Source: Nocardioides sp. | GTDB taxonomy: Bacteria > Actinomycetota > Actinomycetes > Propionibacteriales > Nocardioidaceae | Direction: 5' to 3' | Assembly: GCF_030149505.1 (NCBI RefSeq) | Contig: NZ_JASBRN010000072.1 | Span: 34,482 to 98,481 of the forward strand | DNA: 64,000 bases | Shown: positions 52,949 to 62,701 of the stretch, piece after piece | Position numbering within the stretch: the stretch's first letter is position 1 | How the letters are laid out: each line of letters starts with the position of its first letter | Position numbers and translations under genes: made by a program | The notes under the pieces: model-generated | What the model was told of the DNA's origin: nothing | What the model saw: the letters and a program-made list of their open reading frames with translations, nothing else | Databases searched by the model: none

Positions 52949-53050
52949 GGGTCACAGCCAACCCGATGGCCCAAGCCCATGCCAACCATCCTGTTTCCAA
53001 CCATCCGTCCGGCGCGCGCGTCCCACGGTCATGGACATCGGAGCACCACG

Positions 53051-53611
53051 ATGAGGACCGCGACGGAGGTGAGGACGACGGGCACCAGGGACGAGCAGGG
53101 GCGCGTGGACGCCGAGTTCACGGCGTACCTCCACGCCCGGCAGGGCGCGCTGCTGCGCACTGCCTACCTGCTGACCGGCGACCGGCACCAGGCCGAAGAC
53201 GTCCTGCAGACCGCACTGGCCAAGCTGTACCTCTCGTGGGACAGGGTGCGCGAGCGCGAGGCGCTCGACGGCTACGTGCGGCGGATCCTGGTCAACGAGA
53301 CCACCTCGCTGTGGCGCCGACCCTTCAAGCGGCGCGAGCGCGCGACCGACGTGCTGCCCGAGGGCGGCGTCGAGCCGACGTACGACGAGGGGCAGCGGGC
53401 GGCCGTGTGGGCGGTCGTCTCCACGTTGCCGCCCAAGGCGCGCGCCGTCGTCGTGCTGCGCTACTACGAGGGACTCACCGAGTCCGAGACCGCCGAGGTC
53501 CTCGGCGTCAGCGTCGGCACCGTGAAGTCCCAGGGCAGCCGGGCGATGGCCCTGCTGCGCGACCGCACCCCGGGCCACCTGGCCCCCGGCTCCCGGGAGG
53601 AGGAGCGATGA
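53051..53611 (+). CDS. ECF RNA polymerase sigma factor (SigE-family)
   Basis: LLRTAYLLTGD...AEDVLQTAL, VVLRYYEGLTESETAEVLGVSVGTVKSQ. Confidence 0.92.
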   Translation: MRTATEVRTTGTRDEQGRVDAEFTAYLHARQGALLRTAYLLTGDRHQAEDVLQTALAKLYLSWDRVREREALDGYVRRILVNETTSLWRRPFKRRERATDVLPEGGVEPTYDEGQRAAVWAVVSTLPPKARAVVVLRYYEGLTESETAEVLGVSVGTVKSQGSRAMALLRDRTPGHLAPGSREEER

Positions 53612-54810
53612 GCACGCACGACGAGCAGGCCTTCACCGAGGCCCTGCGCATCCAGGCGGTCGGAGCCGGTACGCCGACGCTGACCCTCGACGACGTCCGC
53701 GGCCGCGCCCGGGGCATCCGCCGGCGCCGCGCTGCGGTCGTCGCCGGCGGCGCCGCGGCGCTGGTCGCTGCTGCCGTGCTGCCGGTCGCACTGCTGGTCG
53801 GCGGGGGTTCCTCGCCGGACTCGCTGCCGCCCGCCGGGACGCCGACGGTGGTCGACACCGCGAACCCCGAGGGCTCGGGCGAGCCGGTCAGCCAGCTGGG
53901 CAGCTGGCTGGAAGGCCGCACCATCCACCCGGCCACGGGCGAGCCGTTCGAGCCGGACGTCGAAGGCGAGATCGCCAGCACCAGGTGGCTCAGCGACGGC
54001 CGCTGGCTCCTGGCGACCTACCCGGGCACCGACTACGCCCTCGTCGCGGTCGACGCCCGGGGCGAGCCGCTCACGGCGTACGAGGGGGTCGACAGCGGAC
54101 TGGCCTCCGACGACGCCGGCACGGCGGTGGCGTGGACCGGTGCCGACGGTCGTGTGCGGGTGCTGCTGAGCGGGTCCGAGGAGCCGGTCGTGCTGGCCGC
54201 CCGCCTCGACGACCGCCGTGCGGCCGCGAGGCCGCTGGAGGTGCTGCCCGGGTGCACGCCACAGGAGTGCGTGGCGCTGGTGGAGGTCTACGACGACAGC
54301 CCCGACGGCTCCAGCCAGCTGGCGGTCGGTCTCCAGGGGCAACCCCAACGCCTGGACCGCCTCGGGCTGCTGTCGATCAGCGACGTCTCCCCCGACGGCG
54401 CGCTGGTGGCCGGGCTCGTCGAGGCCGACGAGCTGGAGATGCGCTACTGCAGCGCCGTGGTCGTCTTCGCGACCGGCGAGGAGCTGTGGCGCACCTGCGA
54501 CGCGGGGACCTTCCGGTTCTCCCCGGACGGGACGCGGGTGCTCGGCATCGATCCCAACCTCGACGGGCTCGGACACTCCTTCACCGAGGTGCGGGACGCA
54601 CTCGACGGAACGGTGGTCGGGCGCTACGAGGGCGGCACGGTCTTCGACGAGACCTGGGCGAGCGGCGACTCCTACCTGGTCTCGATCCAGACGAACGCCG
54701 GGGAGAACCTGCTGCTGCGGGTCGGCGTGGACGGCGACGAGCCGGAGGTGCTCGAGCGGGTTGCGGGGACGCCGGGCGACCCCGAGGGGATGGTGCGTCT
54801 CACCGGGTGA
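53608..54810 (+). CDS. Putative anti-sigma/sensor: short cytoplasmic N-term, one TM, extracytoplasmic beta-propeller-like domain
   Basis: ATGA overlap with sigma; RRRR before TM; VSPDG and FSPDG repeats. Confidence 0.65.
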   Translation: MSTHDEQAFTEALRIQAVGAGTPTLTLDDVRGRARGIRRRRAAVVAGGAAALVAAAVLPVALLVGGGSSPDSLPPAGTPTVVDTANPEGSGEPVSQLGSWLEGRTIHPATGEPFEPDVEGEIASTRWLSDGRWLLATYPGTDYALVAVDARGEPLTAYEGVDSGLASDDAGTAVAWTGADGRVRVLLSGSEEPVVLAARLDDRRAAARPLEVLPGCTPQECVALVEVYDDSPDGSSQLAVGLQGQPQRLDRLGLLSISDVSPDGALVAGLVEADELEMRYCSAVVVFATGEELWRTCDAGTFRFSPDGTRVLGIDPNLDGLGHSFTEVRDALDGTVVGRYEGGTVFDETWASGDSYLVSIQTNAGENLLLRVGVDGDEPEVLERVAGTPGDPEGMVRLTG

Positions 54811-54826
54811 GGCTCGCCGGTGGGCG

Positions 54827-55882
54827 TCAGCCCGCCAGCACCTCGGTCACCGGCAGGCTGGAGTCGGCGGGGAGGTCGAGCGAGGACGGGGTGCGGCCCC
54901 GTGCGACCATCTCCGACCCGAGCGCGGCGACCATGGCGCCGTTGTCGGTGCACAGGCCCGGACGCGGCACGCGGACCCGGATGCCGAGCTTCGACGCACG
55001 CTCCTCGGCGAGGTGGCGCAGCCGGGAGTTGGCCGCGACGCCACCGCCGATGAGCAGGTCCTCGATCCCCTCGCTGGCGGCGGCGTCCAGCGCCTTGCGC
55101 ACCAGCACGTCGCAGACCGCCTCCTGGAAGGAGGCGGCGACGTCGTTGACGGGGACCGGCTCGCCTGCGCGCTCCTTGGCCTCGACCCAGCGGGCCACCG
55201 CGGTCTTGAGCCCGGAGAAGGAGAAGTCGAAGCGGTGCCGCTCCAGGTCGCGACGGCTCGTGAGGCCGCGCGGGAAGTCGATGGCGACGGTGTCGCCCTC
55301 ACGGGCGGCGCGGTCGATGTGCGGGCCGCCCGGGAACGGCAGCCCGAGCAGTCGCGCGACCTTGTCGAAGGCCTCGCCGGCCGCGTCGTCGATCGTCTGG
55401 CCCATCGGGTCGACCCCGCCCTCGTGGCCGGTCACGTCGGTAACCCGCAGCAGGCTGGAGTGGCCGCCGGAGACGAGCATCGCGATGCAGGGCTCGGGCA
55501 GCGGGCCGTGCTCGAGCTGGTCGACGGCCACGTGCGAGGCGAGGTGGTTGACCCCGTAGATGGGCTTGCCCAGCCCCAGCGCGAGCGCCTTCGCGGCGGC
55601 GACACCGACGAGCAGCGCGCCGGCCAGGCCGGGGCCGTTCGTCACCGCGATCGCGTCGACGTCGTGCAGCCGGATGCCGGCGGTCTCGCAGGCGCGCTCG
55701 ATGGTCGGGACCATCGCCTCCAGGTGGGCCCGGCTCGCGACCTCCGGGACGACGCCACCGAAGCGGGCGTGCTCGTCGACGCTGCTGGCCACCGCGTCGG
55801 CCAGCAGGGTGTGGCCGCGGACGATGCCGACACCGGTCTCGTCGCAGGAGGTCTCGATGCCGAGGACGAGGGGCTCGTTCAC
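54827..55882 (-). CDS. tsaD: tRNA t6A threonylcarbamoyltransferase
   Basis: [58 protein letters not shown]. Confidence 0.98.
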   Translation of the reverse strand: MNEPLVLGIETSCDETGVGIVRGHTLLADAVASSVDEHARFGGVVPEVASRAHLEAMVPTIERACETAGIRLHDVDAIAVTNGPGLAGALLVGVAAAKALALGLGKPIYGVNHLASHVAVDQLEHGPLPEPCIAMLVSGGHSSLLRVTDVTGHEGGVDPMGQTIDDAAGEAFDKVARLLGLPFPGGPHIDRAAREGDTVAIDFPRGLTSRRDLERHRFDFSFSGLKTAVARWVEAKERAGEPVPVNDVAASFQEAVCDVLVRKALDAAASEGIEDLLIGGGVAANSRLRHLAEERASKLGIRVRVPRPGLCTDNGAMVAALGSEMVARGRTPSSLDLPADSSLPVTEVLAG

Positions 55883-55914
55883 GGGCTCATCGTGCCACCG
55901 GTGAGGATGGGCGC

Positions 55915-56664
55915 GTGGAGGGCCTGCGCGAGATCGATCCCCACGAGCTGGTGGCCACGTCGCAGCACCCGTTCGTCCGGCACCAGGTGGACCCCGACGA
56001 CACCGTGCTCGTCCTGTCGCTCGGCGACGCGCTGGTCGTCGACGGCAACCGGAACCGCACCGGCCCCTCCGACGGGCGGCCGTCGCTGTGGTGCCTGGGC
56101 CCGCCCGCCGACCTCGCGCGCCTCGCTCACCTCGCGGTCGACCGGGTGGACCCGCCTGGTCGCGTGAGCGTGCAGGCGGCGTCGTACGACGGGTTGCCGG
56201 AGACGTGGCGCTTCCCGACGGAGGGCCACTGGCACTGGATGCTCACCCACGACCAGCCGCCGGCGCACCCGCTCGAGGGCTCGGTCGTCGAGGTCGACGA
56301 CGCCGCGGCGATCGACGCGCTGCTCGACGTCGCCAACCCGGGCTCGTTCGCGCGGCCCGGCTCGCGCGGGGTCGAGTGCTGGCTGGGCGTCCCGGGTCCG
56401 GACGGGCTGCTCTCCGTCGGTGCCCTCTACCGCGACCCCTCCGGCGCCGGGCACCTGCGCTCGGTCACCACCCGTCCCGACGCCGCCGGCCGCGGCCTCG
56501 GCACGGCGGTCTCCGCCGCACTGACCCGGCGGGCGCTGGGACGCTCGGGCACCGCGACCCTGGGGGTGTACGTCGACAACGCCCCCGCGCTCGCGGTCTA
56601 CGACCGGCTGGGCTTCCGGACCGTCGTCACGTTCCGCTCGGGTCGGGCTCCGGGTCGAGGATGA
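55915..56664 (+). CDS. GNAT-family acetyltransferase
   Basis: [31 protein letters not shown]. Confidence 0.85.
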   Translation: MEGLREIDPHELVATSQHPFVRHQVDPDDTVLVLSLGDALVVDGNRNRTGPSDGRPSLWCLGPPADLARLAHLAVDRVDPPGRVSVQAASYDGLPETWRFPTEGHWHWMLTHDQPPAHPLEGSVVEVDDAAAIDALLDVANPGSFARPGSRGVECWLGVPGPDGLLSVGALYRDPSGAGHLRSVTTRPDAAGRGLGTAVSAALTRRALGRSGTATLGVYVDNAPALAVYDRLGFRTVVTFRSGRAPGRG

Positions 56665-57268
56665 TCGAGGCCCGCTCGCGCGGGTGCTCCTCGGCGACGT
56701 AGGTCCGGCAGGCCGCCTGGTAGCGGGCGTCGTACGCCGCCGCGGCCGCCTCCGGTCCGCCCAGTGCCTCGGCATCGCGGGCGATGCCGCGCGCGGTCGC
56801 GGTCGGCTCGTCGGTGTCCACCCACACGACCTCGTCCCACAGGTCGCGCAGCGCCCCGCGCTGGACGAAGGTGGCCGCGAACACCACGACCGCGTCCTCG
56901 GGCACCACGACCGTGCGTCCGGTCAGCACCTCGTCGGTGGCCAGGTCGTGCACAGCGGTCGCGATCGTGCGGTCACCGCCGGGCCCGAGCGGTCGCAGCA
57001 CCCGCTCGGCCAGCGCCTCGAGGTCGTAGGCGTCGTCGTAGTAGCCGCGGGCCGAGTCGCGACCCTGCCGGTAGCGGCGCTCCCTGACGTGGTGGAAGCC
57101 GTCGGAGTCGACGTGCAGCGCCGGCCGCCCGGCGCGCCCCAGCTCCGCGACCAGCCACCGGGCGAGGGTGGTCTTGCCCGCGCCGCAGTACCCGTCGATC
57201 CCCACCCGCACCGGCCGTCCCAGGTCGAGGTCGCCCAGGTGGGCGAGGAGCTCGTCGCGGCTGCTCAC
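56627..57268 (-). CDS. Uridine-kinase-like P-loop protein
   Basis: VGIDGYCGAGKTT, DSDGFH, LWDEVVWVD; GTGA overlap with upstream TauE gene. Confidence 0.8.
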   Translation of the reverse strand: MSSRDELLAHLGDLDLGRPVRVGIDGYCGAGKTTLARWLVAELGRAGRPALHVDSDGFHHVRERRYRQGRDSARGYYDDAYDLEALAERVLRPLGPGGDRTIATAVHDLATDEVLTGRTVVVPEDAVVVFAATFVQRGALRDLWDEVVWVDTDEPTATARGIARDAEALGGPEAAAAAYDARYQAACRTYVAEEHPRERASIILDPEPDPSGT

Positions 57269-58038
57269 GACACTCCCTGGGCGAGGTACAGCGCGCCGAC
57301 CACTGCGGCCAGCACCCCGAGGAGCACGCGCAGCCCACGCTCGGGCAGGTGCGGCTGCAGCCGCGCCCCGAGGTAGCCGCCGACCAGGCCTCCGAGGCCG
57401 CACGCGATGCCGACCGGCCAGTCGGGGGCGACCGGCCCCGGTGCCACCGTCGCGAGGACGGTGAAGGAGGCCGCCCCGACCAGGGACGTCAGGAACGTGG
57501 AGGCCAGCGCGGCCGGCGCGACGGCGGCCAGCGTCATGCCGGAGCCGACGAGGACCGGGCTGAGCAGCGAGCCGCCCCCGATGCCGTAGACCCCTCCGAC
57601 CAGGCCGACGCCCAGCGCCAGGACGACGATCGCGCGGGGTCCGAGCGGGCGCAGGGCACGGGGCGGACGCATCGTCCGTCCCACCAGCCACCCGCCGAGG
57701 GCGAGCAGCACCAGCCCGGCCACGACCCGGAAGGTGTCGGGACCGGGCAGCAGGTAGACCCGCACGAGCGCGCCGAGGACGACGCCGGGGAGGGTCCCTG
57801 CGACGAGGAGACGGGTGAGCGGGGTGAGGAGGAGGCCGTCGCGGCGGTAGCGCAGGAGGGCGCCCGGCGTGGCGATGACGTTGTAGAGCAGGTTGGTGGA
57901 GGTGACGGCCGGGTTGGGTACCCCCAGCACGCTGAGCTGGACGGGCAGCACGAAGACCGCACCGGACACGCCGACCGGCGCGGTGAGGGTGGCGATGAGC
58001 AGACCCGCGGCGAAGCCGACGAGCAGGTCCGCGAGCAC
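57265..58038 (-). CDS. Sulfite exporter TauE/SafE family
   Basis: GVSGAVFVLP, GGVYGIGGGSLL, GGYLGA; about 8 TMs. Confidence 0.88.
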   Translation of the reverse strand: MLADLLVGFAAGLLIATLTAPVGVSGAVFVLPVQLSVLGVPNPAVTSTNLLYNVIATPGALLRYRRDGLLLTPLTRLLVAGTLPGVVLGALVRVYLLPGPDTFRVVAGLVLLALGGWLVGRTMRPPRALRPLGPRAIVVLALGVGLVGGVYGIGGGSLLSPVLVGSGMTLAAVAPAALASTFLTSLVGAASFTVLATVAPGPVAPDWPVGIACGLGGLVGGYLGARLQPHLPERGLRVLLGVLAAVVGALYLAQGVS

Positions 58039-58099
58039 ACCCGGACCCTAGCGGCGCCCGCGACGGACGGCCGGTGCGGACCCCGCCGCCGGGGCCGGG

Positions 58100-58585
58100 T
58101 CAGCCGCCGCAGCGCGGGCCGACGCCCAGGCGCATCACGACGGCGGTGGCGCCGTCGCGGTAGTAGCGCGGGCGCCGGTCGACCTCGGTGAAGCCGCGGG
58201 CGGCGTAGAAGCCGAGGGCGCCGGCGTTGTCCTCACGGACCTCGAGCAGCAGCCGGTCGGCGCCACCGGCACGGGCGGCGACGACGCAGGCGTCGAGGAG
58301 CGCGGAGGCCACGCCACCGCGGCGGTGGTCGACGTCGACGGCGATCCGCTGCAGCTCGGCGACGTCGACGACCACGGAGACGACCGCGTGCCCGACGACC
58401 TGACCACCTGTTGCGCCACCCACCTCCGCGACGAGGTACGACGTGTGCGGCACCCGGCCGGCCACGCCCTCGGCCAGCAGCCCGGGCGACCAGGCGTCGG
58501 CGCCGAGGTTGGCCTGCTCGGACGCGACGACCGCGTCGAGGTCGGCCTCGACGGCTGCCCGGACCTGCACCGGGCGGGTCGTCAC
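58100..58585 (-). CDS. rimI: RimI-like N-acetyltransferase
   Basis: RIAV...RRGGVA, LLEVREDNAGA..FY...GF...RRPRYY; directly after tsaB. Confidence 0.9.
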   Translation of the reverse strand: MTTRPVQVRAAVEADLDAVVASEQANLGADAWSPGLLAEGVAGRVPHTSYLVAEVGGATGGQVVGHAVVSVVVDVAELQRIAVDVDHRRGGVASALLDACVVAARAGGADRLLLEVREDNAGALGFYAARGFTEVDRRPRYYRDGATAVVMRLGVGPRCGG

Positions 58586-59229
58586 GAGACCTGCTTGCGC
58601 TCGCCGGGGGCGACGGCGTCGGGGCGCCGGAGGTACATCGGCTCGGGGTCGAGCAGCTCGGCGCGCTCGTCGGCGACGACCCGCGCCAGCCAGCCGGCGC
58701 TCGGCCGCACCGGGCCGACGGAGGTCGGGAAGTGCTCGGGGTAGAGCAGCGCCCCCTCCCCCACGACCGGCAGCGCGGAGGCAGCGGCGGCCGGCTTCAC
58801 GACGACCGGGTCGGTCAGCCGCACCCCGTCCCCGTCGTACGACGCGAGGTAGACCTCCTTGCGCCGGGCGTCCGTGGCCACGAGGAACTCCTCGGTGCCG
58901 GCGGGCAGCGCGCCGGTGTCGGCGGCCTCGACCGCGAGCACGTCGAGCGAGCACACGCCGTAGACGGGCACCTCGAGGACGAAGCCGAGGGTGCGCGCGG
59001 TGACCAGCCCGACCCGCAGGCCGGTGAAGGGCCCGGGGCCGACGCCGACCCCGATGGCGGTGAGGTCCTGGCGGACGATGCCGACCCGGTGCATGGCGGC
59101 CTCGATGAGCGGGGCCAGCTGCTCGCCGTGCTTCATCGGTCGGTCGGCGACCAGCTCAGCCACGACGTCCGTGCCGTCGTGGAGGGCGACCGTGACGAGC
59201 GGGGTGGCGGAGTCGAGCGTGAGCAGCAC
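58582..59229 (-). CDS. tsaB: tRNA t6A biosynthesis protein TsaB
   Basis: LTLDSAT, HGEQLAP, GVGPGPFTGLRVG, DARRKEVY, PMYLRRPDA. Confidence 0.96.
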   Translation of the reverse strand: MLLTLDSATPLVTVALHDGTDVVAELVADRPMKHGEQLAPLIEAAMHRVGIVRQDLTAIGVGVGPGPFTGLRVGLVTARTLGFVLEVPVYGVCSLDVLAVEAADTGALPAGTEEFLVATDARRKEVYLASYDGDGVRLTDPVVVKPAAAASALPVVGEGALLYPEHFPTSVGPVRPSAGWLARVVADERAELLDPEPMYLRRPDAVAPGERKQVS

Positions 59230-59261
59230 GACCGAGAGGCTACTGCGCGACTGCGGGGCGG

Positions 59262-60008
59262 CTACTGCCCGGCGCGCTCGGCGTAGGTCGTGGCCGCGGC
59301 GTGCACGGCGTCGACGTACTCCCGGCTGCGGTTGTAGCTCAGCACGGCGTCGGTCCAGGCCGCACCGTCGGTGAGGTCGCGGCCCGAGGCGCACAGGTAG
59401 CGCGCCGCGGTGGCGGCGGCGTCGTCGAGGTCGTGGGGGTCGGTGACGCCGTCGTCGTCGCCGTCGGCCGCCCACGGCTCCCACGAGGAGCGGAGGAACT
59501 GCATCGGCCCGACCGCGCGCTCCCACACCTCGTCACCGTGCCAGGCCGCAGAGGCGGGGGTGGAGCGGATCGCCGCGACCGGGCCGCGACCGTTGAGCGG
59601 GACCCCGATGATCGGCGGGTCCGAGCGCCCGTCGAGGGTCAGGACCCGGTCGTCGATGGTGCCGTGGTGCGACTCGACCCAGCCGATGCCGGCCAGCGTG
59701 GTCCAGCCGAGCTCGCAGCCACCGACCCCGGAGAGCTGCGCATCGGCGTACGCCCGGAGCGCGGGGAGCGGGATGCCGGTGCGGCGCGAGGTCTGCTCGA
59801 GCCACCGCTGGTCGACCAGCTGCCCGCCCGCTGGCGCCGCGGCCGGAGCGTCGGCCGTCACCGGCACGGGGGCGGAGAGATAGGCCACGGGCGGCGTGAG
59901 GTCCAGAGCGCGCGGCGTGGCGTAGAGCCGCGAGAGCGCGAACGCGGCCGCGGTCACCACGACCAGCAGCGTCGCGAAGAGCGCGATCGAGCGCGGGCCG
60001 GAGATCAC
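59262..60008 (-). CDS. Membrane-anchored lytic transglycosylase-like protein
   Basis: LAGIGWVESHHG, AVGPMQF...W, DGD.DG..DP, AARYLC, SYNRS. Confidence 0.88.
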   Translation of the reverse strand: MISGPRSIALFATLLVVVTAAAFALSRLYATPRALDLTPPVAYLSAPVPVTADAPAAAPAGGQLVDQRWLEQTSRRTGIPLPALRAYADAQLSGVGGCELGWTTLAGIGWVESHHGTIDDRVLTLDGRSDPPIIGVPLNGRGPVAAIRSTPASAAWHGDEVWERAVGPMQFLRSSWEPWAADGDDDGVTDPHDLDDAAATAARYLCASGRDLTDGAAWTDAVLSYNRSREYVDAVHAAATTYAERAGQ

Positions 60009-60056
60009 GAGAAGAGTGTGCGGCAGGTCACCGGAGGTCCGGAAATCCGTCTCGGC

Positions 60057-60926
60057 TCAGCCGAAACGGCCGTGGACGTAGTCCGCGGTCCGGGAGTCCT
60101 GCGGGTTCTCGAACATGGCGCGGGTGTCGCCGTGCTCGACGATGACCCCCGGGGTGCCGTGTGCGGCCAGGAAGAAGGCGCACTGCGAGGAGACCCGCGC
60201 GGCCTGCTGCATGTTGTGGGTGACGATGACGATGGTGACCTCGCGGGCCAGCTCGAGCATCGTCTCCTCGATCACCCGGGTCGAGGTCGGGTCCAGGGCC
60301 GAGCAGGGCTCGTCCATCAGCAGCACCCGCGGCTTGACCGCCAGCGAGCGGGCGATGCACAAGCGCTGCTGCTGGCCACCGGAGAGCCCGCCGCCCGGTG
60401 CGTCGAGGCGGTCCTTGACCTCGTTCCACAGTCCGCCCTTGGTCAAGCAGGACTCCACGAGGTCGTCCTTCTCCGAGCGGGACGCCTTGGTGCCGGTGAG
60501 CTTCAGGCCGGCCAGGACGTTCTCCCGGATCGACATCGCCGGGAAGGGGTTGGGCTTCTGGAAGACCATGCCGATGGCCCGGCGGGCGTCGATGAGCTTC
60601 TTGGCCGGGTCGTAGATGTCCTCCCCGTCGAGCCACACCTCGCCGGCGAGCTGGGCCGAGGGGACCAGCTCGTGCATGCGGTTGAGGATGCGCAGGAAGG
60701 TCGACTTGCCGCATCCCGAGGGGCCGATGAGCGCCGTGATCGCACCGGCGGACATGGTGAGCGAGACCCGGTCGAGGACCTTGCGCTCCCCGAACCACGC
60801 CGTGATGTCGCGGGCGTCCAGCTCCGCGAGCCGCTCCGCTCCTGCGGGGGCGTCCTGGCCGGGAGCCCCGGGCACGGAGCCGCCGGGAACGGCGGGGAGG
60901 ACGGTGGTCGCGTCGGTGCTGCTCAT
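60057..60926 (-). CDS. pstB: Phosphate ABC transporter ATP-binding protein
   Basis: [63 protein letters not shown]. Confidence 0.96.
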   Translation of the reverse strand: MSSTDATTVLPAVPGGSVPGAPGQDAPAGAERLAELDARDITAWFGERKVLDRVSLTMSAGAITALIGPSGCGKSTFLRILNRMHELVPSAQLAGEVWLDGEDIYDPAKKLIDARRAIGMVFQKPNPFPAMSIRENVLAGLKLTGTKASRSEKDDLVESCLTKGGLWNEVKDRLDAPGGGLSGGQQQRLCIARSLAVKPRVLLMDEPCSALDPTSTRVIEETMLELAREVTIVIVTHNMQQAARVSSQCAFFLAAHGTPGVIVEHGDTRAMFENPQDSRTADYVHGRFG

Positions 60927-60964
60927 CTGGGGTCTCTTTCGTGGGCGATCTGGTGCAACCGGGT

Positions 60965-61003
60965 GTGCGGGCGACCGCCCTCGCGGAGGGAGGTCGCCCG
61001 CAC
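60965..61003 (-). terminator. Hairpin between pstS-like gene and pstB
   Basis: 12-bp stem GTGCGGGCGACC / GGTCGCCCGCAC. Confidence 0.6.
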
Positions 61004-61017
61004 TGGAGGAGCCGGGA

Positions 61018-62532
61018 CTACTTCTTGACCTTCACCAGGACGGTGACGGTCTGGTCGCCGAAGGCGACGGTGTAGCGGGTGTTCTTCTTGACCTTCTTCG
61101 CCAGCAGCGTGGCCTTCCCGCCGGACAGGGTCGCGGAGTCGATCTCCTTGGCGCCCTTGAGCAGCGTGACCGTGCCGGTCGCGCCGGCGATGGTCACCTG
61201 GATCTTGGCGGTCTTGCCCTTCGCGACCGGCTTGGCCTGCGCGGCGATGTCAGCGCGGTCGGAGACCGTGACGGTGACGTCGTCGGTGGAGCCGAGGAAG
61301 CCGTCGCCGGGGTTCAGCGTGGCGGTGTAGGTCCGCGAGCCGGCCGCGACGCCGTTGAGCGTGGCGGTGGCACGACCCTGGACGATCGGGACGTCGGCGG
61401 CGACCACGGTGCTGCCCTCGGTGAAGGTCACGGTGCCGGTCGGCGTACCCGCCGCGGAGGCGACGGTGGCCACGAGCACGACCCGACCCGGCGAGGGGTT
61501 GGTGGCGGTGAGGTCGGTGGTGGTCTCGGCGACCTCGTTGACGGTGAAGTTGCTGGTCGAGGACTGGGTGGGCACGCCGCACGCACCGCCGTTGGCCTCG
61601 CGGGCGAGCTGGAAGAATCCGGCAGCCTCGATCAGCGGCGCGGCAGCGTCGGAGCAGAGGAAGCCGTCGGGGCCGAACGCCGCCAGCAGGTCGGCACGGC
61701 CGACGTCGGCGCCGCGCACCACGTTGTAGAGCGCACGGTTCGCGGAGAAACCGTCGGTGAGCTTGATGACCGGACCGGCGGCACCGGCGCGACCGGTGGA
61801 GAACGGCGCGACGGCGTTGGGGTCGGACTGGACCGGAGCCGGGTCGTGCTCCTGGACCTCCTGGACCGACGCGGCCAGCGGCACGGCCACACCGCCGTTG
61901 GCGGCCTGCAGCTGCGCGACGAAGAACGAGCGGGTGCCCGAGCCGGCCTGCGGGATGAGCGGCTTGATGACACCGGGCTGGCCGCCCAGCTCGCTCCAGT
62001 TGGTGATGCTGCCGTCGTAGATCTTGACCATGTCGGCGGCGGAGATGCTCGCCGGCGCGTTGGTCGCCACGGTGTTCGACACCGCGAGCTTGAGGCCGTC
62101 GACGGCGAAGGGGAAGTTCTGCAGGCCCGCGGCGCGCTCGGCGTCGTTGAGTCCGGAGGAGGATCGGGCGAAGTCGATCTCGGGGAGGTTGTTGGCGCCG
62201 TACAGGCGACCCTTGCCGGCGCCCGAGCCGTTGGGGCGGGTGATGGTGGTGCCACCCGGGATCGTGATCTCGCCGCCGCCGCCCGCCTGGAAGGAGGCGA
62301 TCCGGCCGGTGCTGCGGCCCTCGTTGTAACCGGCCGTGCCCTCGAAGCCCTCGGCGAGGTAGTGCATCGAGATCTCGGTGGTGTCCGAGCCGACGCCCAC
62401 CAGGTCCGCGGAGGCGGGGGTGAAGGTGGGGTCGAAGGGCAGCGCGGCCGACGCGGTCGGGGCGCTGAGGGCGATCGCCGACGCGGCGAGGGCCGCGGTG
62501 ACGAGTCCGCTGAGGGTCTTGCTCGACTTCAT
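61018..62532 (-). CDS. PstS-like periplasmic-binding-fold protein fused to C-terminal Ig-like domains, no lipobox
   Basis: [40 protein letters not shown]; C-term PTGTVTF.EG...GRATAT Ig-like repeats; SPase-I-type signal (ASA). Confidence 0.85.
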   Translation of the reverse strand: MKSSKTLSGLVTAALAASAIALSAPTASAALPFDPTFTPASADLVGVGSDTTEISMHYLAEGFEGTAGYNEGRSTGRIASFQAGGGGEITIPGGTTITRPNGSGAGKGRLYGANNLPEIDFARSSSGLNDAERAAGLQNFPFAVDGLKLAVSNTVATNAPASISAADMVKIYDGSITNWSELGGQPGVIKPLIPQAGSGTRSFFVAQLQAANGGVAVPLAASVQEVQEHDPAPVQSDPNAVAPFSTGRAGAAGPVIKLTDGFSANRALYNVVRGADVGRADLLAAFGPDGFLCSDAAAPLIEAAGFFQLAREANGGACGVPTQSSTSNFTVNEVAETTTDLTATNPSPGRVVLVATVASAAGTPTGTVTFTEGSTVVAADVPIVQGRATATLNGVAAGSRTYTATLNPGDGFLGSTDDVTVTVSDRADIAAQAKPVAKGKTAKIQVTIAGATGTVTLLKGAKEIDSATLSGGKATLLAKKVKKNTRYTVAFGDQTVTVLVKVKK

Positions 62533-62651
62533 GGATTCGCTCTCTCTGGTGGGGGTGCTTCCTGGGTGGAGCCGGGTGGAGCTGCTCCGCAAGCCCCGAG
62601 ACCTGCGGCGGCGTGGTGATCGTGGGGGGCGCGAGCCGGTCACGGCAGCGA

Positions 62652-62701
62652 CTTCGGACGGGGTTGCGCGACGGTTCACGAAGGCGTCACATCACGTTCG
62701 G
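62652..62701. promoter_or_regulatory. PHO-box-like 11-nt phased repeats upstream of pstS-like gene
   Basis: CTTCG 62652, GTTGC 62663, GTTCA 62674, CGTCA 62685, GTTCG 62696. Confidence 0.4.
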
